From the NCBI GenBank assembly GCA_963763785.1, contig CAVXPW010000017.1, positions 5,042 to 69,041 of the forward strand: 64,000 nucleotides of DNA, written 5' to 3'. The position numbers and the translations under genes were made by a program. This stretch comes from an uncultured Solirubrobacterales bacterium. Its GTDB lineage: Bacteria; Actinomycetota; Thermoleophilia; Solirubrobacterales; Solirubrobacteraceae. The notes under the pieces are model-generated. The model was not told where the DNA came from. It saw only the letters and a program-made list of their open reading frames with translations, and did no database searches. Positions 1 through 7,905 of the stretch are shown piece by piece; position 1 is the first letter of the stretch, and each line of letters begins with the position of its first letter.

Positions 1-394
1 TCTGGAAGGACATGCTCAACTGCGAGAGGACAGTGGTGTACTGGTCGATCTGAGCTTGTTGAGGCGGGGTGCCAGAGGGCTTCAGCACGGTCAGGTCTGT
101 TTTTAGTGTGGCTAGATCGGCAACGGCCGGTCCGTAGGCGGCGCTGTTCGATGGGGCGGCGGCGATGGTGCCGAGATCTCTTCCGACCGCTTGGTAGTGC
201 TCAAGTGCTCCGGCGCACTGAACGAACAACGCGGCCTTGGCGGCTCCCGCCGGCTGGGTCGAGACGCTGGTCGTTGTGGGGGTCGGCGCCGCTGCGGGCT
301 TGCGACTCTCGCCACACGCAGCGAGTAAGGCCGCCCCCGACACAATAACAAGCCCGACGAGGCTCGGTACGTGGCCGCCTTGCTTGGCCTTCAT
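1..394 (-). CDS. Hypothetical lipoprotein (N-terminal part only; ORF runs off the left edge)
   Basis: Absent from the ORF track because no stop lies in the window. Reverse-strand ATG at 394..392 follows a G-rich RBS-like stretch. Translation MKAKQGGHVPSLVGLVIVSGAALLAACGESRK... shows a basic n-region, a hydrophobic core and an LAAC lipobox. I translated all 131 codons down to position 2 and found no stop. Confidence 0.55.
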   Translation of the reverse strand, partial: MKAKQGGHVPSLVGLVIVSGAALLAACGESRKPAAAPTPTTTSVSTQPAGAAKAALFVQCAGALEHYQAVGRDLGTIAAAPSNSAAYGPAVADLATLKTDLTVLKPSGTPPQQAQIDQYTTVLSQLSMSFQ

Positions 395-524
395 CCTGCC
401 CCCTACTCGGAATACGCTGACACCAACCTAGTCCGGCCCTGCCCATAAAGCAACCCCCTTATGGCCCAGCCGAACAGCGCCCCTAGACGGCTTGAACCCT
501 TGACGGCCATGTCATGCTGTCGAC

Positions 525-935
525 GTGCCCTTCGAGAAGATCATCTCCGACGATCCCTGGGACGACACCGAGGCCGGCCGCGAGTACTGGGCCGAGCAGG
601 AGGCGGTCGATGCGTGGGCGGCAGCTGGCGCGCCGAGCGCCCGGCAGATGTTCGACCGACTGCGCGGCGCGCCCGGCGGCAAGCTCGAACCCCCGTTGAC
701 CATCGCCCAGGCGGCCGTCCGCGAGGCGGTTAGCACTCGCACCGTTCGGCGGTGGATCGCGTCGGGCGCGGTGGACGCTCATCGCGTCGGCCCTCAGTGG
801 CGGATCACGGCCGCGTCGCTCGCCGCGAGGCGGGTGCAGGCGGCCCGGCCGCAGACTCGGACACCACCGGCCAACGCCGGCCGAGCGCGCGCCAAGGCGA
901 AGCCGGCGGCCGACCCGATGGGGTGGCCCGAGTGA
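525..935 (+). CDS. Excisionase-type helix-turn-helix DNA-binding protein (Xis-like)
   Basis: 136-aa ORF with a GTG start. The central LTIAQAAVREAVSTRTVRRWIASGAVDAHRVGPQWRI looks like an excisionase/MerR-type HTH. Its TGA overlaps the integrase GTG (GTGA at 932-935). Confidence 0.7.
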   Translation: MPFEKIISDDPWDDTEAGREYWAEQEAVDAWAAAGAPSARQMFDRLRGAPGGKLEPPLTIAQAAVREAVSTRTVRRWIASGAVDAHRVGPQWRITAASLAARRVQAARPQTRTPPANAGRARAKAKPAADPMGWPE

Positions 936-2101
936 GCATCGACCGCCTGCCGTCCGGGAAGCACCGCGCCCGGGTGCACGTCGGCGGCGGCCGCTATCGG
1001 TCTAAGTCGTTCACCCGCCGCGCCGACGCGGTGACGTGGGAGCGGTCCGCCACGATCGCCAAGCAGACGGGCCGCGTCGAGCAGATCGACGCCGACCTCG
1101 TGACGCTCGGCGCGTTGGCGGCCGAACATATGGCGGCACGCCGCCCCGACCTGGCCCAGGCGACCTACCGCACGTATCGGACGCTCTGGCGGGCGCACGT
1201 CCATCCGCACGCGCTCGCCGCGACGCCGCTCCGAGCGATCGGCCCAGCGGCAGTCGAGAGATTCAAGGCCGACCTACTCGCGGCCGGCGTCGGCCCCGTC
1301 AGCGTCCGTCAGACGCTCGGGCTCGTGCAAGCCGTTCTAGAGCGCGCCGTCCGGCACGGCGTCATCCGGTCGAACCCCGTCAGGGCGGTAAGCAAGCCGA
1401 GCGGGAAGCGCACGACGACGGTGGCCGCGATCGGCCCGGTCGGCGTCGAGAAGATCCGCGCGCGTCTGAGCGGCGCGGACGCCGTGCTCGTCTCCGTGCT
1501 CGCATACGCCGGCCTACGCCCAGGGGAAGCGCGCGCCTTGGCCTGGGGTGACATCGGTCGAACGATCCGAGTCGAGCACGCCGCAGACATCGACGGTTCG
1601 CTCAAGCCGACCAAGACGGACCACGCGCGCGCCGTGCGGCTCGTCGCACCGCTCGCAGCCGATCTGGCCGACTGGCGGCGGGCAAGCGGCGATCCGCCCG
1701 ACGATGCGCTCATATTCCCGAGGGCGGACGGCTCGCCGTGGACGGTGGCCGACTGGCGCAATTGGGGCCGGCGGAAGTTCAATCCCGCCGCGAAAGCGGC
1801 CGGGGTCGAGATCCGCCGGCCGTACGACCTGCGCCATTCGGCGGCGTCGCTCTGGCTGGCTGAAGGGATCAACGCCGTGCAGGTGGCGGCATGGCTCGGC
1901 CACGCCCCGGCGATGACGCTGGGCACCTACGCCCTCGTCATCGCGGAGCTTGACCCCGCCGACCGAACGGCCGCAGCGGACATCATCGAGGCGGCCCGCC
2001 ATGACATATCCATGACATGGACCGCCACGGACACGGTGGCGGCCGGCACTCCCGGCGCTGCGCCTCCAAGGGCTAAAAGCCCAGCATTAGCGGGCTCTTA
2101 G
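932..2101 (+). CDS. int: Tyrosine-type site-specific integrase
   Basis: Frame of track ORF 752..2101; start re-placed at in-frame GTG 932 (VSIDRLPSGKHRARVH...). Tyrosine recombinase signatures are present: LRPGEARAL (Arg), YDLRHSAAS (HxxR box) and LGHAPAMTLGTYALV (His/Tyr). Confidence 0.9.
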   Translation: MSIDRLPSGKHRARVHVGGGRYRSKSFTRRADAVTWERSATIAKQTGRVEQIDADLVTLGALAAEHMAARRPDLAQATYRTYRTLWRAHVHPHALAATPLRAIGPAAVERFKADLLAAGVGPVSVRQTLGLVQAVLERAVRHGVIRSNPVRAVSKPSGKRTTTVAAIGPVGVEKIRARLSGADAVLVSVLAYAGLRPGEARALAWGDIGRTIRVEHAADIDGSLKPTKTDHARAVRLVAPLAADLADWRRASGDPPDDALIFPRADGSPWTVADWRNWGRRKFNPAAKAAGVEIRRPYDLRHSAASLWLAEGINAVQVAAWLGHAPAMTLGTYALVIAELDPADRTAAADIIEAARHDISMTWTATDTVAAGTPGAAPPRAKSPALAGS

Positions 2102-2146
2102 CGGCGGCCGAGCCCGAGCGGCCGTGACTGCGCTGGCCACCCTAGG

Positions 2147-2188
2147 TTCATTACGAGTGAAGTGCTCTACCAGCTGAGCTACGTCGGC
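2147..2188 (-). pseudogene. 5' half of a tRNA-Thr(CGU) gene (acceptor 5' strand, D arm, anticodon stem-loop); no T arm or 3' acceptor strand
   Basis: Reverse strand reads GCCGACG TA GCTC AGCTGGTA GAGC A CTTCA CTCGTAA TGAA. tRNA-likeness stops there: no TpsiC-type arm and nothing complementary to GCCGACG before the integrase stop at 2101. Track ORF 2162..2497 (MLYQLSYVG...) is the typical antisense-of-tRNA translation. Confidence 0.7.
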
Positions 2189-2271
2189 GCGAGACCGCAG
2201 GATACCGGGCCACCCGCACCCCGCCGCCGCCTGCTTCTCGGCGCCCCGGACCGACGATGCGGCGCCGGAAG

Positions 2272-2508
2272 CTACGGCCCGCCCGCCGGCACGTCCTCCG
2301 GATCGCCCCGGTCGTTCCCGCCGGCGCCGAGCGCGGCTTCCTCCTCATCGCTCGGCGGAGGCGCACCCGGGACCGCCTCGTCGGCTCGCTTGCGCTCCCA
2401 ATCGGCCCGGGCGTCCTTGACGTCCTTCTCGACGGCCTTGACCTTCTCCTCGAGCTCCGCGGCCTCCCGCTCGAGCTCGTCGGCCCGCTTCTCGTGATCC
2501 TCCGCCAT
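2272..2508 (-). CDS. Small acidic coiled-coil protein, hypothetical
   Basis: 78-aa ORF MAEDHEKRADELEREAAELEEKVKAVEKDVKDARADWERKRADE... with a charged heptad-like N-terminal half and a Pro/Gly/acidic tail. No family assignment possible by eye. Confidence 0.5.
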   Translation of the reverse strand: MAEDHEKRADELEREAAELEEKVKAVEKDVKDARADWERKRADEAVPGAPPPSDEEEAALGAGGNDRGDPEDVPAGGP

Positions 2509-2580
2509 CGCAGGGCTCTACCCCCGCGACCAGCCGCCCAACCGCCTCCCCCGAGCTACTCCTGGCCAACTCCTCACACC

Positions 2581-2671
2581 CTCCCGACCCGTCAACTCCC
2601 GCCCGACCCGTCAACTCCCGCCCGACCCGTCAACTCCCGCCCGACCCGTCAACCCCCGCCCGATCCTCCGT
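2581..2671. repeat. Tandem 19-bp repeat CTCCCGCCCGACCCGTCAA: three perfect copies (2596-2652) flanked by one truncated and one degenerate copy
   Basis: Read directly. 2581-2595 is a 15-nt partial copy. 2596-2614, 2615-2633 and 2634-2652 are identical. 2653-2671 is degenerate. GTTGACG at 2674-2680 is the inverted complement of the CGTCAAC in each unit. On the minus strand each unit starts TTGACG. Confidence 0.9.
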
Positions 2672-3935
2672 CGGTTGACGCCCAGACTCCAGCCAGCCGG
2701 ACCACAACCGCCGCCGCGGCGGCCATGTCCCGAACCGAGACCCACTCCCTGACCGAGTGAAGCTCATGCCCCCCGGCGAAGACGTTCGGCGTCGGCAAGC
2801 CCATCGCGCTCAGGAGCGACCCGTCGGTTCCGCCGCGGATCGGCCGCCGGAGGATCTCGATCCCCTCGGCCGCGTAGGCCGCCTCCGCGGCCGCCATGAT
2901 CTCCGGGACCGGCTCGATGTAGCGACGCATGTTCGGGTACTGCGGGGTCACCTCGACATCGACGATCGCCCGTGGCTCGGACGCCCCGACCCGGTCGGCC
3001 GTCTCCCGCAGGAGGGCGACGTGCTCGGCCAGGAGGTCGTCGTCGTAGTCGCGGACGATCGCCCTGATCTCCGCATGCCCCGCCGTCGCCTCGATCGAGT
3101 AGACGTGGATGAAGCCCTCTCGCCCCGACGTCGTCTCCGGCGTCAAGGTCGTGCTCGGCAGGCCGGCGACGATCCGCGCCGCGAGGCGGCCCGCGTTGAC
3201 CATCTTCCCGAGCGCATCCCCCGGATGGACCTCGACTCCCTCGATCCGGATCCGCACCGCCACCCCGGAGAACGTCTCGTCCTGGAGCTCGCCGATCGTC
3301 GACCCGTCGAGCGTGTAGGCGCACCGCGCCCCGAAGCCCGCGACGTCGAAAAGCTCCGGACCCAGCCCGATCTCCTCATCCGGCAGAAAGCCGATCCGCA
3401 GCCGCGGGCGCCGCAGCTCCGGGTGGGTCGCCAGGTGCGCGACGGCGGCCATGATCTCCGCGACCCCCGCCTTGTCGTCGGCCCCGAGCAGCGTGTCCCC
3501 GCTCGAGGTGACCAGATCCTCGCCGTCCTTGCCCCGCAGCTCCGGCATCGTCACCGGGTCGAGCACCGTCCCGTCCCGCGGCAGCCGCAGCACCCCGCCC
3601 GCGTAGTCGCGGTGGACGATCGGCTCGACCCCCGCCCCCGGCGCGTCCGGGCTGACGTCGACGTGGGCCAGCAGCCCGATCACCGGCACGCCTTCCATCC
3701 CCGGGCTTTCGGGCACCGTCGCCGTCACGTAGCCGTTCTCGTCGATCGCCGCGTCCTCCAGGCCGATCGCCAGGAGCTCGGCCACGAGCAGCCCGCCGAG
3801 CACCAGCTGCCCCGGCGAGCTCGGGCAGCCGTCCCGGTCGCGCACCGCCTGGGTGTCGATCCGCGCGTAGCGGACGAACCGCTCGAGCACGTCCTTGGCC
3901 AGCTCCTCGGCCAGCGCCGAGGTGAAGCCCCGCAC
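2649..3935 (-). CDS. pepT: Peptidase T (tripeptide aminopeptidase, M20B family)
   Basis: ERFVRYARIDTQ, HVDVSPD, GADDKAGVAEIM, LPDEEIG, VHPG, IRGGTDGS and FAGGHELHS motifs. Start re-placed at GTG 3935, which overlaps the upstream TAG (TAGTG); the track start at 4028 would overlap the E2 gene. Confidence 0.9.
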   Translation of the reverse strand: MRGFTSALAEELAKDVLERFVRYARIDTQAVRDRDGCPSSPGQLVLGGLLVAELLAIGLEDAAIDENGYVTATVPESPGMEGVPVIGLLAHVDVSPDAPGAGVEPIVHRDYAGGVLRLPRDGTVLDPVTMPELRGKDGEDLVTSSGDTLLGADDKAGVAEIMAAVAHLATHPELRRPRLRIGFLPDEEIGLGPELFDVAGFGARCAYTLDGSTIGELQDETFSGVAVRIRIEGVEVHPGDALGKMVNAGRLAARIVAGLPSTTLTPETTSGREGFIHVYSIEATAGHAEIRAIVRDYDDDLLAEHVALLRETADRVGASEPRAIVDVEVTPQYPNMRRYIEPVPEIMAAAEAAYAAEGIEILRRPIRGGTDGSLLSAMGLPTPNVFAGGHELHSVREWVSVRDMAAAAAVVVRLAGVWASTDGGSGGG

Positions 3936-5101
3936 TACCCCTCGAACCGCTCGATCCGCGCCCGGACGTCGGCCAGGAACTCCGCCGCCATCACCCCGTC
4001 GAGCGCCCGGTGGTCCCACGACAGGCACAGGTTCGCCATCGGCCGGATCGCGATCCCGTCGCCCACGACCACCGGCCGCCGGACCACCGCCTCGAGGTCG
4101 AGGATCGCCACCTGCGGCTGGTTGATGATCGGGGTGGCGGCGATCGTCCCGTAGCGCCCCGGGTTGGTGATCGTGAACGTCGCCCCCCGCACCTCGTCCG
4201 GCCGCAGCTTCTGGGCCCGCGCCCGCCCGGCCAGCGCGCGGATCTCCGCCGCTAGCCCGGCCACCGACCGGTGCTGCGCCGCGCGGATGACCGGGACGAT
4301 CAGCCCCTCCTCCCCCAGCGACACCGCCACCCCGAGGTCGACGTCGGCGTAGCGCGTCAGCACGTCGCCCTCGAGCGTCGCGTTCAGCCGCCCGAACACC
4401 CCCAGCGACTCGACCGCGCAGTGGGCGACGTAGGGCAGGGGGCTGAACCCGGCGAGCGCCCGCGCCGCCTCGACCCGCGACATGTCGACCTCGATGATCG
4501 TCGTGCAGTGGGCGGCGGTCCGCAGCGACCGAGTCATGTGCTCACCGATCGCCCTCCGCATCCTCGACAGCGGCTCCCGCACCCAGTCTCCTTCCGCGGG
4601 GGGCGACGTCGGCGTCGGCGTGGCTCCGGCCCGGGCCGCCGCGCCGGCCCGGGCCGCAGCGAGGACGTCCTCCCGGCGGACGCGCCCGTCCCGACCGGTG
4701 CCCGCCACCAGCGAGAGGTCGATCCCGTGCTCGGCCGCGATCCGCCGGACCACCGGCGAGTAGCCCGTCCCGGGCCGGGTCTCGGCCGGCGCGGCGGGCA
4801 TGACCGCTGGGGTTGGCACGCCGGAGTCGGCCAGAACCTCCGCGTCGTCTGGGACCTCGACCTCGATCTCGGCGAGCACCGTCCCGACCGCCACCGTCTC
4901 CCCCTCGGCGACCAGGACGGCAGCGACCCGGCCGGACGCCGGCGACGGGACGTCGGTGTCGATCTTGTCGGTCGAGATCTCGCAGATCGTCTCCTCCGAC
5001 TCGACCCGGTCGCCGACCCGCTTGCGCCAGGCGGCGACCGTCCCCTCGGTGACCGAGACGCCCATCTGCGGCATCGTCACCTCAGTAGTCGAGGAGCTCA
5101 C
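3935..5101 (-). CDS. 2-oxoacid dehydrogenase E2 component (dihydrolipoamide acyltransferase)
   Basis: Lipoyl domain (EISTDKIDTDVPSPASGRV), E3/E1-binding domain (SPVVRRIAAEHGIDLSLVAGTGRDGRV) and catalytic SWDHRALDG. The start could instead be the internal ATG at 5074 (MPQMGV...). Confidence 0.9.
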   Translation of the reverse strand: MSSSTTEVTMPQMGVSVTEGTVAAWRKRVGDRVESEETICEISTDKIDTDVPSPASGRVAAVLVAEGETVAVGTVLAEIEVEVPDDAEVLADSGVPTPAVMPAAPAETRPGTGYSPVVRRIAAEHGIDLSLVAGTGRDGRVRREDVLAAARAGAAARAGATPTPTSPPAEGDWVREPLSRMRRAIGEHMTRSLRTAAHCTTIIEVDMSRVEAARALAGFSPLPYVAHCAVESLGVFGRLNATLEGDVLTRYADVDLGVAVSLGEEGLIVPVIRAAQHRSVAGLAAEIRALAGRARAQKLRPDEVRGATFTITNPGRYGTIAATPIINQPQVAILDLEAVVRRPVVVGDGIAIRPMANLCLSWDHRALDGVMAAEFLADVRARIERFEG

Positions 5102-6041
5102 GGCAAACCTCGCGGATCCGGCCGACCTGCGGCAGGAGGGCCTCCTCGAGCGGCGGCGAGTAGGCGATCGGCGCGTCCGGCGTCGCCACGCGGCGGACCG
5201 GCCCGTCGAGGTGCTCGAAGGCGCGCTCGGCGATCAGGGCGCAGACCTCGGCCCCGGCCGCGCACGTCCGGTTGGCCTCGTCGAGGACGACGACCTTGCC
5301 GCACCGGCGGACGCAGGAGAGGATCGCCTCCTCGTCCAGCGGGACGAGCGACCGCAAATCGAGCACGCAGACCTCGGGCAGGTCCGCGGTCGCCTCGAGC
5401 GCGCTCCAGACCATCGCCCCGTAGGCGATCACCACCAGCCCGGAGCCCGGGCGGGCGACCCGGGCGGTCATCGGCGTCTCGTAGGCCCCGGCCGGGACCT
5501 CGCCCCGGATCCGCCGGTAGAGGTTCTTGTGCTCCATGAAGCAGACCGGGTTGGCGTCGCGGATCGCCGCGATCAGGAGGCCCTTCGCGTCCTCGGCCGT
5601 CGACGGCGCGAGCACCTTTAGGCCGGGCGCGTGCATCAGCCACGACTCCGGGTTCTGCGAGTGGAACGGCCCGCCCGAGAAGCCCCCGCCCGACGGCAGG
5701 CGCACGGTGATCGGGACGGCGAGACCCTGGCGGTAGTGCATCTTCCCGGCCACGTTGACCAGCTGGTCGAGGCCGCAGGCGATGAAGTCGGCGAACTGCA
5801 TCTCGCAGACCGGGCGCATCCCCACGACCGCCGCCCCGATCGCCGCGCCGATGATCGCCGTCTCGGCCATCGGCGTGTCCATCACCCGGTCGGGGCCGAA
5901 CTCCGCCGCCAGGCCGTCGGTCACCTTGAACGCCCCCCCGAACGTCCCGATGTCCTCGCCGAGGAGGAAGACCCGCTCGTCGGCGCGGAGCTCCTCCCGC
6001 AGGCCGTCGGTGATCGCCTCGAGGTAGGTCATCTCAGGCAT
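5082..6041 (-). CDS. 2-oxoacid dehydrogenase E1 component beta subunit
   Basis: MTYLEAITDGLREEL..., FLLGEDIGTFGGAFKVTDGL, DTPMAETAIIGAAIGAA and EMQFADF are transketolase-like pyrimidine-binding E1 beta signatures. Confidence 0.9.
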   Translation of the reverse strand: MPEMTYLEAITDGLREELRADERVFLLGEDIGTFGGAFKVTDGLAAEFGPDRVMDTPMAETAIIGAAIGAAVVGMRPVCEMQFADFIACGLDQLVNVAGKMHYRQGLAVPITVRLPSGGGFSGGPFHSQNPESWLMHAPGLKVLAPSTAEDAKGLLIAAIRDANPVCFMEHKNLYRRIRGEVPAGAYETPMTARVARPGSGLVVIAYGAMVWSALEATADLPEVCVLDLRSLVPLDEEAILSCVRRCGKVVVLDEANRTCAAGAEVCALIAERAFEHLDGPVRRVATPDAPIAYSPPLEEALLPQVGRIREVCRELLDY

Positions 6042-7074
6042 ATCCGCTCCACGGCGCCCGCCCGTCGCCCAGCGGCTCGGCCTCGTGCGCGAAGACGCCG
6101 TCGGTCGCCGTCGACCCCTCGGGCATCGGCATCCTCAGCGCCTCGGCCAGCGCCGCGTCCAGGCGCGAGTCGATCTCGGCCCGCAGCCCCGCGATGTCTA
6201 CGCCCGCCGCCACCAGCCGGCGCTCCTCGAGGTCGATCGGGTCGCGCGCCCGCCAGTGCTCGACCAGCTCCGGCGGGACGTAGCGCATGTCGTCGTGGGC
6301 GGCGTGGCCGTGCATCCGCATCGTCTGCGCCTCGATCAGCGTCGGCCCGCCGCCCTCGAGCGCTCGCTGCCGCGCCGCCAGGGTCGCGGCGAACATCGCC
6401 TCGACGTCGTTGCCGTCGACGGTGATCCCCGGGAAGCCGTAGCCGGCCGCCCGCTCGACCGGGTTGACCGCGAACTGGAGCGCCGTCGGCGTCGAGTAGG
6501 CGTACTGGTTGTTCTCGAGGATGAAGATCACCGGCAGGCGCTGGACCCCCGCCCAGTTCATCGCCTCGTGGCAGTCGCCCCGCGAGGTCGCCCCGTCGCC
6601 GAACCACGTCAGCGCACACCGCCGCTCGCCCCGCAGGCGGAAGGCCATCGCCATGCCGACGGCCACGGGCATCATCGCCGGGAGCATCGACACCATCCCC
6701 ACACAGCCGACGTTGCGGTCGCCGAAGTGGACGTTCCCGTCGCGGCCGCCGGTGATCCCCGCCGCCCGGCCCATGTACTGGGCGAAGATCCGCACCGGCT
6801 CGACCCCCCGGACGAGGTGGGCGGCGAGATCGCGGTGGATCACGCAGAGCCGGTCCTCGGCGGCCAGGGCGAACGCCGGCCCCGCCGAGACCGCCTCCTG
6901 GCCCAGGCCGTCGTAGAGGGAGCCCGGGATCTTCCCCTGGCGGTAGAGCGTCATCGCCCGCCGCTCGATCCCCCGCATCTCCAGCATGTAGCGCAGGAGC
7001 GCTGTCCGGTCGGCGGTGGTCAGGCCGTCCGCTCCGCGAGGCTCCTCGGTGGTGCTCGCCACTTCAGTAGACAT
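6034..7074 (-). CDS. 2-oxoacid dehydrogenase E1 component alpha subunit (TPP-dependent)
   Basis: TPP-binding region WFGDGATSRGDCHEAMNWA...PVIFILENNQYAYSTP. First gene of the E1alpha-E1beta-E2-pepT co-directional block. Confidence 0.9.
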   Translation of the reverse strand: MSTEVASTTEEPRGADGLTTADRTALLRYMLEMRGIERRAMTLYRQGKIPGSLYDGLGQEAVSAGPAFALAAEDRLCVIHRDLAAHLVRGVEPVRIFAQYMGRAAGITGGRDGNVHFGDRNVGCVGMVSMLPAMMPVAVGMAMAFRLRGERRCALTWFGDGATSRGDCHEAMNWAGVQRLPVIFILENNQYAYSTPTALQFAVNPVERAAGYGFPGITVDGNDVEAMFAATLAARQRALEGGGPTLIEAQTMRMHGHAAHDDMRYVPPELVEHWRARDPIDLEERRLVAAGVDIAGLRAEIDSRLDAALAEALRMPMPEGSTATDGVFAHEAEPLGDGRAPWSGYA

Positions 7075-7137
7075 ACCTCAGCTTACTTCGCGGGTCCGCC
7101 TCGCCGGGTCGAGGCAATCGACCGGCCGCCGGCCCTG

Positions 7138-7905
7138 CTAGGCGGCCAGGAGGATGATCGCCACTCCCACCCCGAGCCCGACCACCCCCGCTCGGAGCAC
7201 ACCGGCGGGCAGGCGGCGGGCCACCGAGACCCCGAGCGTCCCCCCGACGGCCGCGCTCACCGCGAGCACCGCCGCGTAGTCCCAGGCCACCCGCCCGGAG
7301 AAGACGAGGACGGCGACGCCGGCGGCGTTGATGACCAGCGAGAGGAGCCCCTTGAGGGCGTTCAGCCGCTGGAGCCCGTCGCGCAGGAGGATCCCCAGCA
7401 CGCCGAGGAGAAGGACGCCGAGCCCCGCGCCGAAGTAGGAGCCGTAGACCGCGGCGACGAGCACGCCCGTCCAGGCCGCCGGTCCGATCTCCGCCGCTCC
7501 GGCGTTCGCCCGGCCGGCGGCCACGGCGGCGACCCGGGCGGCGAGGCGGGGCTGGGCGGCGAGCAGGGCGCAGGAGACGAGAATCAGAAACGGGGCCAGG
7601 CGGCGGAAGGACTGCTCCGGGGTGGCCACGAGGATCACCGCCCCGGCGACCCCGCCGATCACAGCGGCCGAGGCCAGCGCCCGGATCCGGTGGCCCTGCC
7701 CGGCCAGCTCGCGGCGGTAGGCGAGCGAGCCGCCGCCGTAGCCGGCGAGCAGCCCGACCGAGCAGGTGATGTTGGCCGCGAGCGCGCCCACCCCCGAGGC
7801 GATCAGCGCCGGGAAGGCGATCAGGGTCCCGCCGCCGGCCGCCGCGTTGACCGCCCCGGCGAGGAGGCCCGCCCCGGCGGCGAGCAGGCCGTCGCCGAGC
7901 TTCAC
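7138..7905 (-). CDS. TauE/SafE-family (DUF81) anion exporter membrane protein
   Basis: 255-aa polytopic Gly/Ala-rich membrane protein. GAVNAAAGGGTLIAFPALI at the N-terminus, with an internal repeat of it, is typical of TauE/SafE. Confidence 0.75.
   Translation of the reverse strand: MKLGDGLLAAGAGLLAGAVNAAAGGGTLIAFPALIASGVGALAANITCSVGLLAGYGGGSLAYRRELAGQGHRIRALASAAVIGGVAGAVILVATPEQSFRRLAPFLILVSCALLAAQPRLAARVAAVAAGRANAGAAEIGPAAWTGVLVAAVYGSYFGAGLGVLLLGVLGILLRDGLQRLNALKGLLSLVINAAGVAVLVFSGRVAWDYAAVLAVSAAVGGTLGVSVARRLPAGVLRAGVVGLGVGVAIILLAA

Noticed and set aside
752-931. N-terminal extensions in the ORF track (integrase 752, pepT 4028, holB 14781, ligase 17522, psd 34094, Crp 40432, and the long fused frames preceding pgi, zwf, ctaD, qcrC/A/B and the ABC ATPases).
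   Set aside because: The extensions overlap upstream genes, are Arg/Pro-rich and precede the point where family-typical N-termini, signal peptides or 4-nt coupling overlaps occur. Starts were moved to in-frame ATG/GTG codons at those points.
2100-2190. Complete tRNA gene.
   Set aside because: A T stem can be forced (GTGGC/GTCAC with loop CAGCGCA), but the loop is non-canonical. No 3' acceptor strand complementary to GCCGACG exists, so only the 5' half is real.
2581-2671. Possible CRISPR array (also considered for the 45-bp repeats at 25537-26718).
   Set aside because: The 19-bp units are directly abutting with no spacers. The 45-bp units are diverged, in-frame coding repeats. No cas genes are present in the window.
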